Source: Microbotryum violaceum
Lineage: Eukaryota
Direction: 5' to 3'
Length of the DNA: 64,000 nucleotides
Assembly: GCA_001244265.2 (NCBI GenBank)
Contig: CDLV01000018.1
Location: 496,001-560,000, forward strand
A program made the translations under genes and the position numbers. A model generated the notes under the pieces. That model ran no database searches. It was not told the origin of the DNA and saw only the letters and a program-made list of their open reading frames with translations. Shown here one piece after another: positions 62,907 to 64,000 of this stretch. The first letter of the stretch is position 1; each line of letters starts with the position of its first letter.

Positions 62907-64000
62907 TCAGAGCATAGTATGCCCAAAGAAAGACATAAGAACGGTCTCAATCCATCGACGATGTTTTGCTTCATTCATCCTCCGGTCTCCTCCGCCACCC
63001 CCCCCCCCCCCCCCCCCCCCCGCTATTTTTTCTCTATCTTCTTCTCCGCTTTTTTCTGCGCCGCGTACTTCTCCGCCTTCCTCCCCGGCTCCACCAAATC
63101 TTGGGCTCAGGGGTCCTTCTCCGCCATTCAAGTCATTGTCGCTTGCCTCTGCCTCCGTGTTGTCGTTCGGGTCCGCCGAGGGTACGATAGCGAGGCGGCC
63201 GTGACGGAGGTCGTCAATGATAGCCTTGAGCTGAGCAACGGTTCGCTTGGGCGATGTCTCTGCACTATGATGCAGAGCCATTTCGTATCTACTCTTCGTT
63301 CCGGGCTTGATCCGCAATTTGACACCCAGTGCCTTCAAGCCCTGGGTAGACCATATCATCTTCTTCTGAGGTGTGAAATCGCCTATCGATGATTCCGTGT
63401 CGGAACGGCGATGTATAGTCTCGAGAGCAAAGTCTGTAAAGACGGAAATGATTAGCACGGAGTCGAGCCCGATCAGATGCAGACTACTTACTGAGTTGGG
63501 CGCGGAACAGAGTGCCGTGCCATTTTCCAAGAACGCCACGAGTAGCACTGTCCATCGAGCGAGTTTTTGCTGATATATGAGACGAAAACATATGTCACAT
63601 AATTGGTAACGGTAACTTGGTCTCATGCGCGTATAACTTGCGATGAAAGGCTCACCCTCTTTCAGATTTGCCGCTTCATTGGCCTTGAGTGTCTCATCCC
63701 AGCTCATCTTGGAAGCAAAATTAGACAACAAGGAATTGCCGGATGGATCCTTGAAGTCGTTGCAGTGAGCTGCAAATCTGAGCCCACTTAGGGTTACCCT
63801 TGCTTGCTCTCTGGTGTAAAACCTTGATTACAGGGTCCGAGAGAAATCTAGACCACGCATTGCCCTTCGAAGCGAGCCTGTCGAACTTTTTGACGGCCTG
63901 AACGAGCCTTGCATGAGATATGCCGAGTTTCGCGGCCATCTTGAGCTCCGAGTAATATCTTCGAGCGGCCCAGCGCTTCAGCGAGGTCCACTTTCTTTGA
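62907..64000 (-). CDS. 3' part of an unknown, probably spliced protein convergent with the KDZ transposase (likely element-associated)
   Basis: Open frames RRYYSELKMAAKLGISHARL...GNAWSRFL and ...WSTQGLKALGVKLRIKPG...LKAIIDDL..., with an acidic/Gly tail partly encoded by a 24-nt homopolymer; continues beyond the window. Confidence 0.45.

Noticed and set aside
60700-64000. TET/JBP gene as KDZ cargo
   Set aside because: No HxD...H...R dioxygenase motifs were recognisable in this part; such a gene could still lie beyond the window.
1-64000. Mating-type locus, tRNA or rRNA genes
   Set aside because: No pheromone, receptor or homeodomain genes and no recognisable tRNA or rRNA structure by eye; a covariance-model search would be needed to exclude small ncRNAs.

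Overview
Intron-rich fungal genomic DNA, most likely from a Microbotryomycetes basidiomycete (Microbotryum-like; this taxonomy is inferred from intron style, gene content and transposon families). A core of conserved genes (YIP1-family, SPT23/MGA2, zf-MYND, RRN7, FAP1/NFX1, ILV6, PhyH-like dioxygenase, two tandem ACS-family MFS permeases, PGM, NOT2, TIM9, TIF6, P4H-like 2OG-Fe(II) oxygenase, Zn2Cys6 factor, SSD1/Dis3L2) is bounded on the left by a truncated L1/Tx1-type LINE fragment. On the right it is bounded by a degenerate, multi-intron KDZ (Kyakuja-Dileera-Zisupton) transposase region with a convergent partner ORF and an 8x15-bp array of MCB-like (ACGCGT) sites. Other notable points: patchwork gene conversion between the MFS paralogs, a 163-bp near-perfect hairpin, a probable ACG start codon for FAP1, an intact nuclease motif in the Ssd1 homolog, and three single-base homopolymer deletions that may be assembly errors. 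Exon boundaries were read by eye and all family assignments come from motif recognition, not database searches.
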